Shown here piece after piece: positions 50,401-64,000 of a stretch of DNA of 64,000 nt (the first letter of the stretch is position 1; each line of letters begins with the position of its first letter). The notes beneath the pieces are model-generated. The model was not told where the DNA came from. It saw only the letters and a list, made by a program, of their open reading frames with translations, and ran no database searches. Made by a program: the position numbers and the translations under genes. Source of the stretch: Tubiluchus corallicola (lineage: Eukaryota > Animalia > Priapulida); NCBI GenBank assembly GCA_030141605.1, contig JAQGDQ010000135.1, forward strand, positions 124,001-188,000, written 5' to 3'.

Positions 50401-53400
50401 AGTAATTTCAAATGTGTGTTCATTTAGGTGAGCAGTCTGCAGGCAGCTGGTTGATCTAATGGCAGAAGCATTAGGTACAGTGTCATCATCATGCTGCATT
50501 TCTTTAAATTTATTCATCTGCTCTAACGAACCAACAGCGAATGTGACCTATAAGTGTCAAATTAAACAAAAGAATGTAGGTAAATGGTCAAAATTTGTTC
50601 TTAGCTATGACGCTAAACAACCATAGGCCTGATTGATAAGCGAATGGGTAGCCAACAAGAAAACCATTTTAGGCAGTTTCAATCTGCATATCATTTTTCT
50701 CTGGGTATTTCTCTTTTTCGTATATTCAAATTAACTTAAGTATCTAACCCTTATGGTTCACCTTAAGGGATTATCATCTGCCATACATGGCTAGATTCAG
50801 GTCCTGAAATAATCAATCCATCATCGGTATTAGCAGAAAAGTTCCTATTGGGTGCTAAAATCTGGATAGTGGCATGCTAATATGTAAATGGAAGAAACTA
50901 TCATAATATATAATGAAAACAGAAATAATGTAAGCACTAATATAAGCAAGTTTGGCTGCTCAAGAATAATACCTTAATGGTAGCAAAAGCATAAAATATT
51001 TACTTAAGTATCATATCTCACTTCACTGTTCGGCAGCTGAGAATACGTTTAGTATTGAATGGCTGATGTGCAATTGATCATCCAATTAATGGATGACCGG
51101 CTGATAACTGATAAACAAATCGTTTAAGATTTCAGTGCTGTTGCTTTTATCAATCTTGATACATTTGTAAACTATTTTCCTGGCAAATTAGTATTAACAC
51201 TAAAATTACGACTTCACGTGAACGTAATGTCACAATGTGCGAAATGCGTATTTACTGTTTTCATGTGTCCGTAACCCACAATCTGCGCTTCCCGCCATTT
51301 TTGGTCGCTATTCGTGAAAATGGCAACAATAATTTTTGGAAGCCATGTCTCTGTCGAAATCTAAGCGTGATAATTACAGCTGCTGAATTAGCTTATTACT
51401 GTACTATTAGACGAAAAAATTCAAAAGAAAGCACAGGTTTTGGGTGCCCAACATTTTGCAAGGGAGAGAACAATATGCATTACACATAACTACATGCTTC
51501 TTTCATCTCTCAAAAATTTAAATAAAAAAATATTATTGTTTATAGGTCTTAAAATTTTCAGAACGCCAAACAGCGAAAATGGTCACCAGAAACTTGAAAA
51601 CTCGGTATAATCACCTAGGCAATGGCGATTTCCTGTCTGCGTGTTGCTGCATGGTAAGTATTCGGATGACAGTGATCACATGCGAATGAAAGCGGATCAC
51701 GCGTTACGTACATTAGGAAACACTTCTACATGTTTAATGGCAAGTCTGCTGTACATGCATTATGGATCACGCATCACGCATTACGTTCACGTGGAGCGGT
51801 ACCTTAATGATATCATTGCAGGCAAATTAACATTAAGAGGAATGGCATTGCTTGTTGTCAAGCTGGATATATGTCTGCCTCCTGCCCCCGTTACTTCTAA
51901 TTTTCACCCACCAACCAGTTATTGGCTCTTAGTATCATAAGCAATTACAGCATAGGAAGTTTCAGCACTTACATGTAAAACTCCACATTGTGTTTGACTA
52001 ACAGGGTCGATGATAGGCAAGGGTCCGTCGGCAGCCATTACTGGATGTTGGCCTTTTAGTATTGTACTAGCAATCTCCGCATGACGAAACGCCATGTACA
52101 AAGCATGGAGTGAGACTTTCACCAAACCAATTAACTAAAAAATATAATTAAAAATTCCAAATAGAGTATTTATTTTAGTAAGTGCATCTGTGACACTTAT
52201 TAGTGGAAGTAGTTAGTCAATGTATGATTTTTTCTGCTTTTTGTCTTATTTTACTAATGTCGGCATGGTCATGTGGTTGAGATGTTTAGTGAAAACTCTT
52301 AATTATTTTTAAAATACAGCCAAACCTCTTTATAATGCCAATTTTGATTAATGCTAAATTTTTTTAGCAAAACAAAATGTATATATCTGCATAGATATGT
52401 ATGCATTAATACACCTCGTTATAATGCCACTCGCTAAAACGCCAACTTTTTTTTGCAGTTGCAAAGTGAGTGATATAACGAGGCTTGACTGTAGTAATAA
52501 AGCAACACCTATACTATTAATTATTAAGCCATAATTACTACATAATCGATATTACTGTGTCTTGTTTTAATGACTGCTGCTTGTTCCAAACTTCAATAGC
52601 AATGATGTTGTTTTTGCATCTTCCCAGAAATTGTTCATTCAGTAATATTGGAACTGCCTGCAATGAGTAAAAAAACAGCTGACCTGCCAACTCGACAATC
52701 TAAAATAATCTTAAACCATCTAACGCTTAAAGGAGATCTGATGCAAAATACTTACTTGAGGGCAAGTTTTGTTCCATGTGAAATGCACTTTTAGTTCAAA
52801 GTAACCGAAATTTGTCATCACAGCATCGTCCAAAAACAGAAATCAAAGCAAAAATATTTTGCAGTTTCAAAATTTAAAACCAAAATTCTGTACAGAACAT
52901 TTCTAATAAAAACCTGGATCAATCATCTATATTTATTAACATAAACAGAATTAGATGAGCACTGTAAAAAGTTAGTGCTTTCTCACAGTTACCAACTTAA
53001 AATTTTACTTGTAAAAGCAGTGTAATAAATAAATAAGTCATTTGTGTTGCCCTCATAATACTACTCAATACTAACCCTGTAAAGTCGAAACTGCGGATTC
53101 CTTGAGTCCCAATAAACTGGAGAGTTTAGAATGTCATCGGCAGAAAAGAGTCGACAGACAATATACGGATTAATCCCAAGTTGACTGCAACCACTAGAAC
53201 CAGTTACTCCATTTGTCTGCCTTTGTGGGAAAATGTTCTGCCCTTTCGAGATTACTATCATATAGTAAAGTGGTATCGTCTGAAATGAAGTAATATGGTC
53301 GCAAATAACGACAAAATAATATAAAATTGATACTTTGTAATGAAGTAGGGTATTGGTTGTATTTATGCAAACGAAGCTAAAACTTCAAAATGAAATCGAA

Positions 53401-56400
53401 AAATTAATAATCTGTTGTTTACTGGAGAATCCGAAAATGCTTTACTGACAAAGCTACAAGATATTTTTGCCTCATTCATAAGAAAAATAACGAATCATAA
53501 ATACTAAAATATGGAACTGTTATTGCATAAAACTTTCAGTTTTAACCAATTGATAATCAGACAGTCAATCTATACAAATACACCAAACTTTGGATGCAGA
53601 TCATTTAGTGGACATCCTAAGACAATCTATTTCTAGCATTATAGCACTTTTAATTCATTTAGTTTCAATTAATTGTTTTATTAACAGGTTCAAGTTGATT
53701 TAGCATTTTGTCCAATGATTTTCAGTTTCTTCTTTAATTCGATTCGTCCATTTCTTCAAAAACAAATGTACACAGCTAGCCGATTAAGGAATCATGGCTC
53801 TCACAGTCCTAACAAAGTGACTATTGGTCACTACTCACCAGAGTGTCAAATGTCAACTGAACTGACAGCACTGAGATACATAGTTTGGAAGAAATGTTAC
53901 CTTACCTGCTGGACGTGGTTGTGTCTGCTGGTATTTTCTGTTTCTAAGGGTTTTTCTCCCGGCTCAATTTGATTGGCTAGTGTTTGCACGCATACTGTGG
54001 CTGTAGATACTGGTATTACAGGGTTTGCTGTGGCAACTTCATCTGTGTTTCGTGCCTGTTGCAATAGTTTTTGGTATTCACTGTTTGATGAACCAAGTTC
54101 TATATGGATCTGTAGAAAAATAAATTTAGCTGTACTTTTACCAACAGCTGATGTAGTTTATCACCTCTTGGAGGGGTATTTGACCCCAGTGCTCAACAAT
54201 TTTTGCATGTAGTTCCTAGCATCAAACAGCTCTGTACAGCAGTTGTACACTCTCTTTAAGAAATTCCAGATACTGTAGTCCAGATGCTTAAATCCCATTT
54301 TTCTGATGACAAATCTTTATCAGTATGTAAAAACCATGCTGTAAACTGATTGATTTGTTTATTTTTCTGCTGTTATGTGGCTGTTTTCAATTGAGGATTA
54401 ACTGATATTGTTCTGACATTTAAATTTTTAATGTGCAAAAGAGCTTTTGGCCATAACTTAAAAACCATTAAACCATAAATTTGTAACTTACACAGCCAAA
54501 AGTTAAAGTATTTCCATATCATACTATAAAATTTTAACTTTGTAAATAAAATTAACATACAGATTTTAATTGTCTCCTTTCCTAATGGCAAATACTCACC
54601 TGACGAGCGACTCTGGAAAACACTAGGAACTAAACATTTTGAGAGTATGATTTTGGCAAATGGGGGAGTGCAGTATAGGGTGCTTCTAAATGCTAAATAT
54701 CTGGCGTGAGCATGACTTCACCCCTCAAAAGGCAAGCACTGACCTCAGATAGGTCCTGACACTGAACTGCAGATTAAAACTCGCTGAAGTCACTTATAAA
54801 TAAAAAAACACTATAGAATTTATTTGGCTTTTCTATCTTTAAAAGAATTCTTGAATTCTCCTTTTGTTTAAAACAGATAAGCAGATTGTTGATTGCACTC
54901 AACACGCCACGGTGCTTATTTCTAAGCTTAAACTAATATTATTACTACCTTGCAGTAACCAATAACTTCATTCCCTCCAGCACTAGTTCCTTTCCGCTTC
55001 TGTTTACTATCACTCGTGATTTGGCAGTTCCTCTCAAGTGATAAAGATTGTGTTTTCACCACTTCTCTTAAAGGCACGGTGAATTTGCCAAGCAGTAAAG
55101 AACTGGATTTGGCACTTTGTTGAATGAAAACCTTGACAACTATGTCCTGGTCCTGTCTCTCAACATCATGTGGAATCTAAAATAACACACAGAAATAATA
55201 CAATAATACACAATAATACACAGAATACATCTAAATATGTTTACCAGTTGATTCTAAAATAGCATTCTAATTATAATTTATTTATTTGCACGTCTGATAA
55301 AATTACAGTGTGCTGGAACAACCAGCGCCTACTTACAAATATTGCAGTTTACAATAAAGCACGATGCAAATTATGATGTCCCCAAGTTAGTAATCACACA
55401 GCAAAACTAAAATTAAATATTAGTTAATTAAAATGAATAAAAACAAGCTTTACATGTAATTATAGTCTGCATAAGAGTAAATTACAGTAAAAATATAAAG
55501 TAGTAATAGTACAACTATTGTATTAGCATATTGTATTAAACTAAAGTAGGCTCAACTAAATATAACTAAAAATTTGTAATACCAATAAAAGTATGCCACA
55601 AAATAAGGAAATATTTTCAATTTGTCATTAAAACTACATCTGTATAAGACGGATTTTAAAGCTTTAACAAAGTTTGACTGAACAGCTTCTTCTGGCAGTG
55701 CATTCCACAACGATATTGTACGTACAAAAAAATTATGTTGTCTTACAATTTTCCAACAATGTGGCAGGAACAATTTATAGGGGTGGCCCCGGATAGAGTC
55801 ACTGCTAAAAGTGAAACAATTATTAAATGCGTTAACATCAATCAAGTTTAAATCAGTTCATACAATTTATAAAGCATTGTCAGGTCTGCTTTCAAATGTC
55901 TAATTTCTAAAGATTCAAGTTTTAAAATTTCAAGCCTATGACTGTATGGAACACCCTGTTCTAGATGACTGGCCGAGCAAGTGGTGAGAGAACTCTCTCT
56001 GTACTTTTTCTAGTCTATCAGTTGAACCTATATAGACCTGAATACATTTGATATCAATGAAAGGATTCCAAAAGCTGTAAAAGACTTTAGTGATTGCAAT
56101 AACCTGGTTTCTAACAGCAAACACATGGGCACAGAAAAAAATACCTGAACTTTGCAGTTACTGTCAAAGATTGCAGCATTTTTGGTAACTCTCTGTGATT
56201 CAAGAACAATATAATCCTTCACATTTTTTCCAATATCTAGTGAAGCTGGAAACTCTAAGATGTACTTGCTGAAATAAACAAGTTATAACTTTATTAATAA
56301 GAAAAACATGCAAGATTGCAGGTGCATTATAAACACATTTGGAAATGCATATGATAATCCAAACCAAATTAACAAAAAATTTCAGTTCTGTTACACACTT

Positions 56401-59400
56401 TCTTCTAAAGCGAAATGGTAAATGCAAATACAATGTAACAACCAATTAACGAATCGAATAAAGGATGGTCGCTTCTCAATTCTTTTGCACCATTTATATT
56501 TTATAAGCTTGTCCAAACCACGTACCGTAGTGAGTGCAATACAATTTTTTAGTTAAAAACTTTCTTGTCAATTATTTTAACTCATTACAAGAATGTCTAC
56601 CGTCTATTCTTTACATTTTAATCAATTTTTCAACGTCCGGGGAAAGTTTAGGATCTGCTATATGCTATGGTAATTAATACAAGACAAAAACATGCAAGGT
56701 CTTACAATGGCCGTTTTGCAGGAAGAGGTGGCCGCCGGCTCAGTGATGTCTGGCTCCTCTGCACAGCAGACTCCATAACAGTAAATTCGTGCACTGTAAT
56801 AGAGATGTATTCCGCAAGGCGAAGAATCCGTAGCTGCTTTGTGGAGACGTCCTGTGGGTGATCTGTAATGGCAATCCGACGATAATACTTTAAAAATCAT
56901 TGACCACACACAATTTCTTTGTAAAGCAAGCAAGCAAGCTTATTTTATCATCATTTATAATAACAAGATAAGTAACCAAAAAAATTATAATTACAGCAGG
57001 CGCCTCTTAATAAACTCACTTTGGGACTGAATCCATTAACCGATGGGAGTAGTATTACTGGTTTAGAATTATGAACCACCAACTTAGTATGAACTGTAAA
57101 GGCTTTTAATGAATTTTAGAAATGAAGTAATGTTGTGATATAAAAATATTAATTTGTATAAGTGAATTAGCTTTCAAAAATTCTTGGGTAAAGAGGTTAA
57201 TTGCAGTGGAAGAGTGGGTAACAGATTTAAAGCAAAACTGCTATGGTAGCTCTACGTCATTATTCCCATGTCAATTTCTCACATGGTCATGCTTAACAAC
57301 ACATGTTATAAAAATTTGAGATGATTGTTGAAAAAATAATTTTAGGTATTTTAAACCTTCGGGTGTACAAAATTTTTCTCAGTTTGTTATTAGACTACCA
57401 GTCTCTAATGAAGTATCGACCTCAATTCTAGAAAAATATTTTAGTGAAATAAAACATGACTAGTTATTTAAATGTCAATAAAGTGTGGCATGTGGAGCAA
57501 GTGTTAAAAAACGAGTCTATAGCTTAGTTATTTTTACGACGTGGAGGTGTTGAAGTCTACTGACTTATTCACCTGTTTATGTTGTAGTGAGTTAAGCCTA
57601 TATATTTATCTTTTGTTAGTTGAACAATCAAAATATTAATGAGCGGTTTAGTTAAAAAGCATCATGTATAATTATTAATAATACAAACTAAAATGGTAAA
57701 AGTAAAAAATAAGAGTAAAAAAGTAAAAAAAATCAAACCTAACAAGTGCAAACTACAATAAAAAACATTGTTTTAAACCAAATTGAAACATCCAAACGAA
57801 ACATGGCTTTACACTTGGCTGTGAACTTACTTGGAGAATCAGCGAGTGTCACAGTAGTGACTGCGTTTGCGTTCAACCTTGATGGAATAGCATCAGTAGT
57901 TGTCTTGATCTATAAAAGTAAGTTATTTGTCAAAAAATCCACAAGTGACTAGTTGGAAATACAGGGTGTTTCAAAATGTTCTCATTGTAACCAATTGCAA
58001 CAGGAATCAAATGACAATTAGGTGGCCGAGTCTATGATTTATGAAAATCAGATTTTTAGTGGCATCAGATTTGTTTCATAAGTCTACCCCAATGATTTCA
58101 ATTTATACTTATGTGTCACACTCTCTTCTATTAATAGCTATGCAGTGATTGGACACCATTGCTCTACAGCAGGGGTTCCCAAACTTTTTAGACCATCGAG
58201 CTGTTCATAGAATCCTTGATTTCTCATCGATCCTCAGGCATGTACAAAAAAATAAATATTAATAATAACTACACAGATGTGCAGTTTCCATATACATTAG
58301 TAAAAGGAACTGCATACCAAACCCTGCTTTCCATATACATCAGTAAGTTGCTGTTCTGTATCCCCTCTCTCTGTGAATATCTCTCATAAATTATATGGAA
58401 ACGAAAAGGAAAAGCTGTTTACTGTTAATGTGGAAATCATAAGCAATGTACAAAATGTTGAATATAATATTGGAATATAATGCAAATACGCTACATTTGC
58501 ATTAACCCTAGTTTCAATACCAAACCCCCTTTACGACCCTTTTTGACCACTGGCGGTCAAATTTATCTTCTCCCTGGATAGTCCCATAAACCCCATATTG
58601 ACCACTTTGGAGACCCCTGCTCTACATTAAGCATGGTAGCAAAAGAAAACAATTGCAAAACCTCAAATGTATTCTAAAAAAAATTCCCAATTACTGAGTG
58701 TTTACAAAGACGAGCATCATTGATCGACTAGCTGCAAAGAAGATTGAAAGTCAAATTAGTGAGTGGCTTATGAACAAGCTATACAACTGTGATTTTCTAT
58801 TATAAACAAGAAAAATGGCAAAGTTGAAAATTTGAATAGCCACCATGTTTTTATTATATTTGGTGCTACAGGTATGTAGAAAATAGCAAGTAATTCACAA
58901 CAAACTGATCAGTAATGAATCAGTCAAAATTGTCAAGCTTAATTCAGAAATTCTATAACAAAGTAAAATATAATCGCAAAGATTTTATTGGATTAATAAA
59001 AAAATAAGTCAAATCAAGTAAATAAAAGGACTATGAGTGGAAATTCTTCTCTCATGAAATGGATAAAATTTTAAACATTCCAAATATTACCATGAAACAT
59101 GAGTCAAATGTGATACATAAATACAGCAGCCAGTAGAAAATATACGTTGGGTACATACACGGTTCCTTACCTGTTATATTTGGTTTTGCCCCTTTAACTG
59201 TCATGTGACCAGGTAGTTATCCAGGCAGACATTACTTGGCATGCAATTCAAGTTGATATGATGTGAAATTTGTGAATAGATTTGTATTGTTTTTTGCAAG
59301 TTATAAGCGCCAAAACTCAGGGAGACCACATGTAAGTGTCTAATTATCTTTGTTGTAACCACTTTATACAAATGGGGTCATTTCAAATGGGGAAATCTAA

Positions 59401-62400
59401 TTTAGTAATTTACCTGCATCAAACTTATATTTTTTTGCTAAAAACTCATTGCTGTAATTTATTATTACAGATAAAACGACAATTACTGCATATAAAACAA
59501 ATTTGGGTTTTCTGGACTTTAATGTAGTACAATATCACCGGTATGTTCTGGTTGTCATTCAAATACATGAGTCGTTACTGCTAAGCAGTTGCAAATTTCT
59601 ACTAAACTTATTTTTAGTTATCACTTTGGTATCAGAAACAATTAGAATTTTTGCGAGTATTAACAGTACCAAAACAACTTACCAGGGGCTGAAAACTGTC
59701 GACCTGGCATTCATTGTCTTTAGACTAAAAGATAAAAATCCACAATTATTTCTGTGTTACTAATAAGGTTAAACACACACAAGTGCACAAACACAATACA
59801 CATCACATGGAGATGCCTAGAAACAATAGCTGCAGGTCTTTTACTCATACAGATACAATAATAAATGTAAGTAAATGTTACACATTGTTTCGCTTGCTGT
59901 ACTTTCTCTAGTGGTAATAGACACAGTCTAGTAAAACTGTAAGTTCCAAATAACTGTATGTGATGTCCAGAATGAATCTACTATTGACTAATCACGTGAC
60001 ACTAGCGATGAATTTCAGAATTTGTTCAAAATTGTGACATTTTACACCATGGTAACCCTAGTACTATTTTCTGTCATGCGACACAGCCTTGAAGAATTGC
60101 AGAATTCATTAGAAAAATGGTGTATAATAATGATTATATAAAATACTTACAAGCTGTGCATAGAAAAGCTCGTGTAATATCTGTTCGTCATGCAGTGGAT
60201 CTTCCATATCACTGATATCATCGGTAACTTTTGGAACTGATTCGGCATGCAATGCATCTTCTCTCTCCTTGTTAGTCAAAAAATCACCCAAAAGCAAATC
60301 TACAAATTTGGAATTCAAGTCCAAAGAATCGCTAGGCAACTGATCACTGATGCGTTTCAATTGGCCGGCATGCATCTCATCATTCAGTGCCTGATCGTCA
60401 CTGTCCGCTTTTAAAATTTCTAGTAGTAGTTCACAAGACCTGGTGCTAAACAAAAAGTTTGTATATGTGAGCACTACTGAGCACTATATGTTATGTGCAC
60501 GTGAGCAATAATGTACGGTATCAAAGTTCCGTTTGACTAGATAAGGATAAGATATGTTAATAATTTACTGCAGTTATTGAGCATTATGTATTGAGTGCAA
60601 TTAATCATTCTAGGATAAATACCATTTTCAATGTTACAAATGAAGTCAAATTATTAATCGGTAGATTTGCCACACTAAAATAACCAATGGCACAAAAACA
60701 AAATGAGATATCCAAGAGCAGTGGGAGTAACACTTCGGCAGAGAAATTCCACACAAAATGTGAAACATTTTACATGAGATTCGGGCAAACAATGATAACC
60801 AAGGCCAACAAGCCTTTTTTGCACCCTACTGTGGTAAATGTACTGATTCTTTTGACAGTATTGGCGGTATTGAAAATGCTATTACAGGATTCTTCAATTT
60901 ACAAATGTTCGACTTGAAAACCCGACTGCCAATTAAACAAAACCAACTATAACTCACACTTCCTTCTCTTTTTTAAACAAATTAACTTTAAATCATTATC
61001 TGTTTCGATAAATTCATCATAGGCACTGCCATTCTTGGTGCGTGTACAGTACACACACAACTTGCTTTAGCATATTGTTGCACATTGCATGTTGCTTTAG
61101 TATAAGAGCGTCCAATTCTTCTTAAGCTGACGACTACCAGTAATACCGAAATGATCGTCTGCACTCAATAAATAACTTGTTACTTCCTAGAAATAGGTAG
61201 TTTATGTACTTTATTACTATAACACCATTACTTGTCTGGAGATGATAAGTTTGTAAGGAGCGCCATATTAACATTGTTTGACTTTTATTTCTGTTTCAGA
61301 CAAAAACCTAAAACTATGTTATTGTTGCGCTTGAAATGATGGCCAAACGATCTAACATACTCTCTCACTGGCTGACTTCTATCAATTGCACTAACTGATG
61401 TTGACGGCACACATATATCATCATCGATTGTTGTTCTGTTGGCTCTCCAATCAGATTTAAGCATGGCTTTGCGAAGCCTCTTGCCACGCTCTATGGCGTT
61501 GGTTATGATGTCAATAACTTGCACTTCATCACTCTGAGCTCCAGTCCCTTCCATCTGTCTTTGAGGACCTTGAGTCACATTCTGCAATGTACAGCTGCTG
61601 GTAAGCTACTTTTTTACGTAAGACAATGCACATGTGCACCATTATTGCTGCTGCCATGAAGCTTAAGCTCTGGTCAAATTTTGATTTTCTTTGCTTCAGT
61701 TGGACATTTCTTGTGCAAATTTTATGCCAAATATAATTTTGCTGATATTGTTTAATATTTTTAGTTTTTTATTAAATATATTACACAAAAATGTTAGTCT
61801 CTTTAAAAAGGTAAAATATGCCATTTTCAATTAAAATTTAATTAATTAATTAGCTAATTAAAGTTAGTTATAGTTAATTACTTAATGTTAATTAGAGAAT
61901 AACCTCACAAATACAACCGTTTCCTCAATTTAAAAGTTTGACTACAGCAGCTACAGCATGCAGTCATAAAACTCAACTAACTTTCAATTTTCATACAAAA
62001 TTTTAATATAGAAAGATTTTAGCAGATAATCATAAAATCCCATCAAAGAGCTAATACTGTGAATCTACCCCATACGGGAAATATAAAGAATCTTTAAAAT
62101 GAGCAAAGGTACCTTTGATTTAACAGTGAAATCGTCACCTCCAACAGTTGCATTTTCGTTCAATTTGATGAAATATATGATAACATTTATGTTACCAATT
62201 TTCTTCTTTGCCTTCGTTTGAATTGGCAAAATGCTGAAACAGAAACGCTACTATGAAAAAATAAGAAAATAAATAAAAATCACGTGTCATAATATTCGCA
62301 GTTCCGCACTGCAATACTGGAAGACATTAATGTTGATTCATAGTGCTAATGCAATTGTTAGCAGTTGCCATTTTGAAATGCACGACAAGAGCCAGTAAAA

Positions 62401-64000
62401 ACGAAATGTGCAAACAAAAATAAAGTTTGTTCAATAGCCATGAAAATCACATGTACTCAACATTCCTTGAAATGAGATTATTAAGTTTTTTGCCCAACTG
62501 CTTGGATACATTGTTTAGAATGAATAGGATACATTTCATGAATATGTTATTTAGAATACAATTTAACATTGCCATAGAATCTGTTTTATTGTATAGATTT
62601 AGAATACTAAGTTACTGTGTTTTGATGCTGCAATATAAAAACTGACTAAGAACTTATTACATAAACAACAACAAGAATGAGAAAGTGACTGGCTTAACAG
62701 TGAAAAAGATCTATTTATAAGAATAATCCAGAAATGTGAAATGAAGCTCTTGGCACAAAGACCAAGTGGTGCGCCAAGAACAAACAGTGCAGTAGGAATG
62801 TGACAAAGTGAACCTTGACTGGTACATTAAGACATCACAATGATGTAAAAATGACGTTTTGCTTTTTACGTCATTATTTTCCTACTATATAACTTCATAT
62901 GACCACATTTATTACAGAGTTTGTACGGTGTAACATTGACATGCATGTAACATTTGTGAGCGCATTGTTTCTTTTGAGACACCCTATACAAATTACAATC
63001 TGTTTAATTTTCTACATACCAATTTAGTGAGCTAATTTTAGACAATCGACCAATGTCCTTTAGCTGCACATATCCCAAGAGCTTTCCAGAATCACCAAGC
63101 ACATCTAATGTCAAACTCCCCATATCTGTATTAAAAAGAACATTATAAACAACATTACTATAATAGTGAGCTTTAACGTTCAAGTCCTGGGCCCTGGTTA
63201 TACTATCAAAAGATATTTTTGCTTGTTTATAACTCGTAGGACAAATAGGACAACAAGTAGGATACTGCTAGCAGAGGAAAGTGTCCCACTTTGTACAAAG
63301 TTAGATAGCTATTTTGATGAATAATCATCGTTATCGCAATAATAAAAAAACTGACAATAGACATCGATTGCTCAGAGCAATAAACGACAATTCAAAAATA
63401 AAAACTCCAAACCACTAAGAAAATTCACCTTGCAAGTAGGAGGCAAACTGTCTTGGTGCTGATCTTACTGGATATAACACAGCTCTTTTGCCACTGCCAA
63501 TAGTGCGTTTACCATCACAAGAAAATGGGCTGCAATATACAAATGCACAGTTAATGTTCCGTCACTGAATCTACTTTACTTCAAACTAAACACAAATTTT
63601 ACTTACACATTCATACAGATTTAAAAGAATATTATTTCAGAGTATCTAAAAAATTTCATTCACTCCCATTGCTACCTCAAAGTCTATGAAATCTGTGTTA
63701 AATTCATGTTAACTACATCTATAAGTCGTGGTCAAAGGTCAAATGTCCCAATCCAGAAGAAATTTTTATATTCAAAACATTTTAGTCTTTTAGTTCTAAT
63801 TTAATTTAATTAGTTTAGTGACAATAGTTTCTACAAAGTATAACAAATTTAATCCAAGAGGCATAGAAATATATTTACCCCAATGTCACACCTGTTCCAG
63901 TTTCGCCCCACCACAAGCATCTCACGGTAAACTGGCCAGGTTGGCGGGCTAAAGTCATCCACTTTGTTGGGCCAATTTCCAACTTAAGATTACCATATAT
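35447..64000 (-). CDS. C2CD3: C2 domain-containing protein 3 (centriole distal-end/ciliogenesis protein), 5'-partial, 30 coding exons in window
   Basis: In-frame exons: 63879->64000, 63429-63529, 63020-63125, 62113-62233, 61361-61581, 60151-60439(or 60445), 59683-59724, 57831-57909, 56706-56862, 56145-56268, 54949-55176, 53906-54109, 53076-53279, 52556-52657, 51973-52134, 50295-50547, 49089-49312, 48674-48793, 47871-48113, 46625-46868, 45862-46056, 45300-45534, 44290-44539, 43259-43378, 42342-42484, 41395-41530, 40963-41139, 37636-40580, 37080-37161, 35447-35611. Matches to human C2CD3 as I recall it: [104 protein letters not shown]-terminal EFRRIEKIF. Confidence 0.93.
37162..37635 (-). other. 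U12-type GT-AG intron in C2CD3 (after the giant exon)
   Basis: 5' site GTATCCTTT at 37635; branch-like TTTCCATAAC about 12 nt before the terminal AG (37163-37162), with no pyrimidine tract. The phase-2 join keeps exon 37080-37161 and the last exon in frame. Confidence 0.8.
42524..43150 (+). mobile_element. hAT-like non-autonomous repeat, copy 2
   Basis: Ends CAGGGCTGTAATG and CATGTTACAGGACTA; degenerate 8-bp TSD AGGCATAG vs AAGCAAAG; subterminal CGATA/GATAC motifs; homologous to the copy at 31.9-32.5 kb. Confidence 0.7.
43985..44065. repeat. (AACC/AACA/AACT)n tetranucleotide microsatellite
   Basis: Directly visible degenerate tetramer run. Confidence 0.85.
48387..48442 (-). repeat. Degenerate 5S rRNA-derived (SINE3-like) fragment
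   Basis: Minus strand TAGTTAGTAAATGGATAGGTGACCG resembles the 5S internal-promoter segment TGGTTAGTACTTGGATGGGAGACCG; too short and diverged to be a functional 5S gene. Confidence 0.5.
52317..52491. mobile_element. Tigger/pogo-like MITE, 175 bp
   Basis: TIRs CAGCCAAACCTC and GAGGCTTGACTG, flanked by TA on both sides. Confidence 0.75.
55560..56090 (-). mobile_element. CR1/L2-type LINE 3' end fragment
   Basis: Minus strand [10 protein letters not shown], then IRGHPYKL...[18 protein letters not shown], the typical C-terminus of CR1-group ORF2; lies in a C2CD3 intron. Confidence 0.8.
56994..57240 (+). mobile_element. Internally deleted/truncated copy of the 6405-7366 Tc1/pogo-type element
   Basis: Begins TA-CAGCAGGCGCCTCTTAATAAACTCACTTTGGGAC and shares TTTTAATGAATTTTA, GTGAATTAGCT and TTCTTGGGTAA.GAGGTTAA with the first copy; right end uncertain. 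Confidence 0.7.
58170..58619. mobile_element. hAT (Charlie-like) MITE, 450 bp
   Basis: TIRs CAGGGGTTCCCAAA and TTTGGAGACCCCTG; 8-bp TSD CTCTACAG vs CTCTACAT (7 of 8 match). Confidence 0.85.

Noticed and set aside
51190-51810. CpG-rich intronic stretch with TTAA-bounded ends (piggyBac/Kolobok-like) and short ORFs
   Set aside because: No matching TIR pair or transposase motif found; probably decayed repeats, but unsupported.
59171-59600. Several small acceptor/donor pairs (e.g. 59414-59451) as extra C2CD3 exons
   Set aside because: Not frame-compatible or contain stops; exons 59683-59724 and 57831-57909 already join in phase 0.

Overview
AT-rich, intron-containing invertebrate animal genomic DNA (not prokaryotic). 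All five protein-coding genes I can support lie on the minus strand. In transcription order they are: C2CD3 (centriole/cilia C2-domain protein; 30 coding exons traced by hand, 5' end outside the window, stop at 35447); two tandem, single-coding-exon egghead/bre-3 beta-1,4-mannosyltransferase paralogs (26009-27388 and 21980-23359); PPME1 (PP2A methylesterase, 13 coding exons, 4613-17700); and the first two exons of an unrecognised secreted Gly/Tyr/His-rich precursor that runs off the left edge. Main observations: C2CD3 and PPME1 are near neighbours as in human, but co-directional and split by the egh pair. Each of these two genes has a U12-type (minor spliceosome) intron, AT-AC in PPME1 and GT-AG in C2CD3. 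Both egh copies deviate at normally conserved catalytic-domain positions and may share a non-coding leader. Introns and intergenic DNA hold hAT, Tc1/pogo-type and Mutator-like MITEs, a Helentron-type element, LINE remnants and a tRNA-derived palindrome. Exon structures come from splice signals, frame continuity and remembered similarity to human or Drosophila proteins; no database search was run and the species is not identified.
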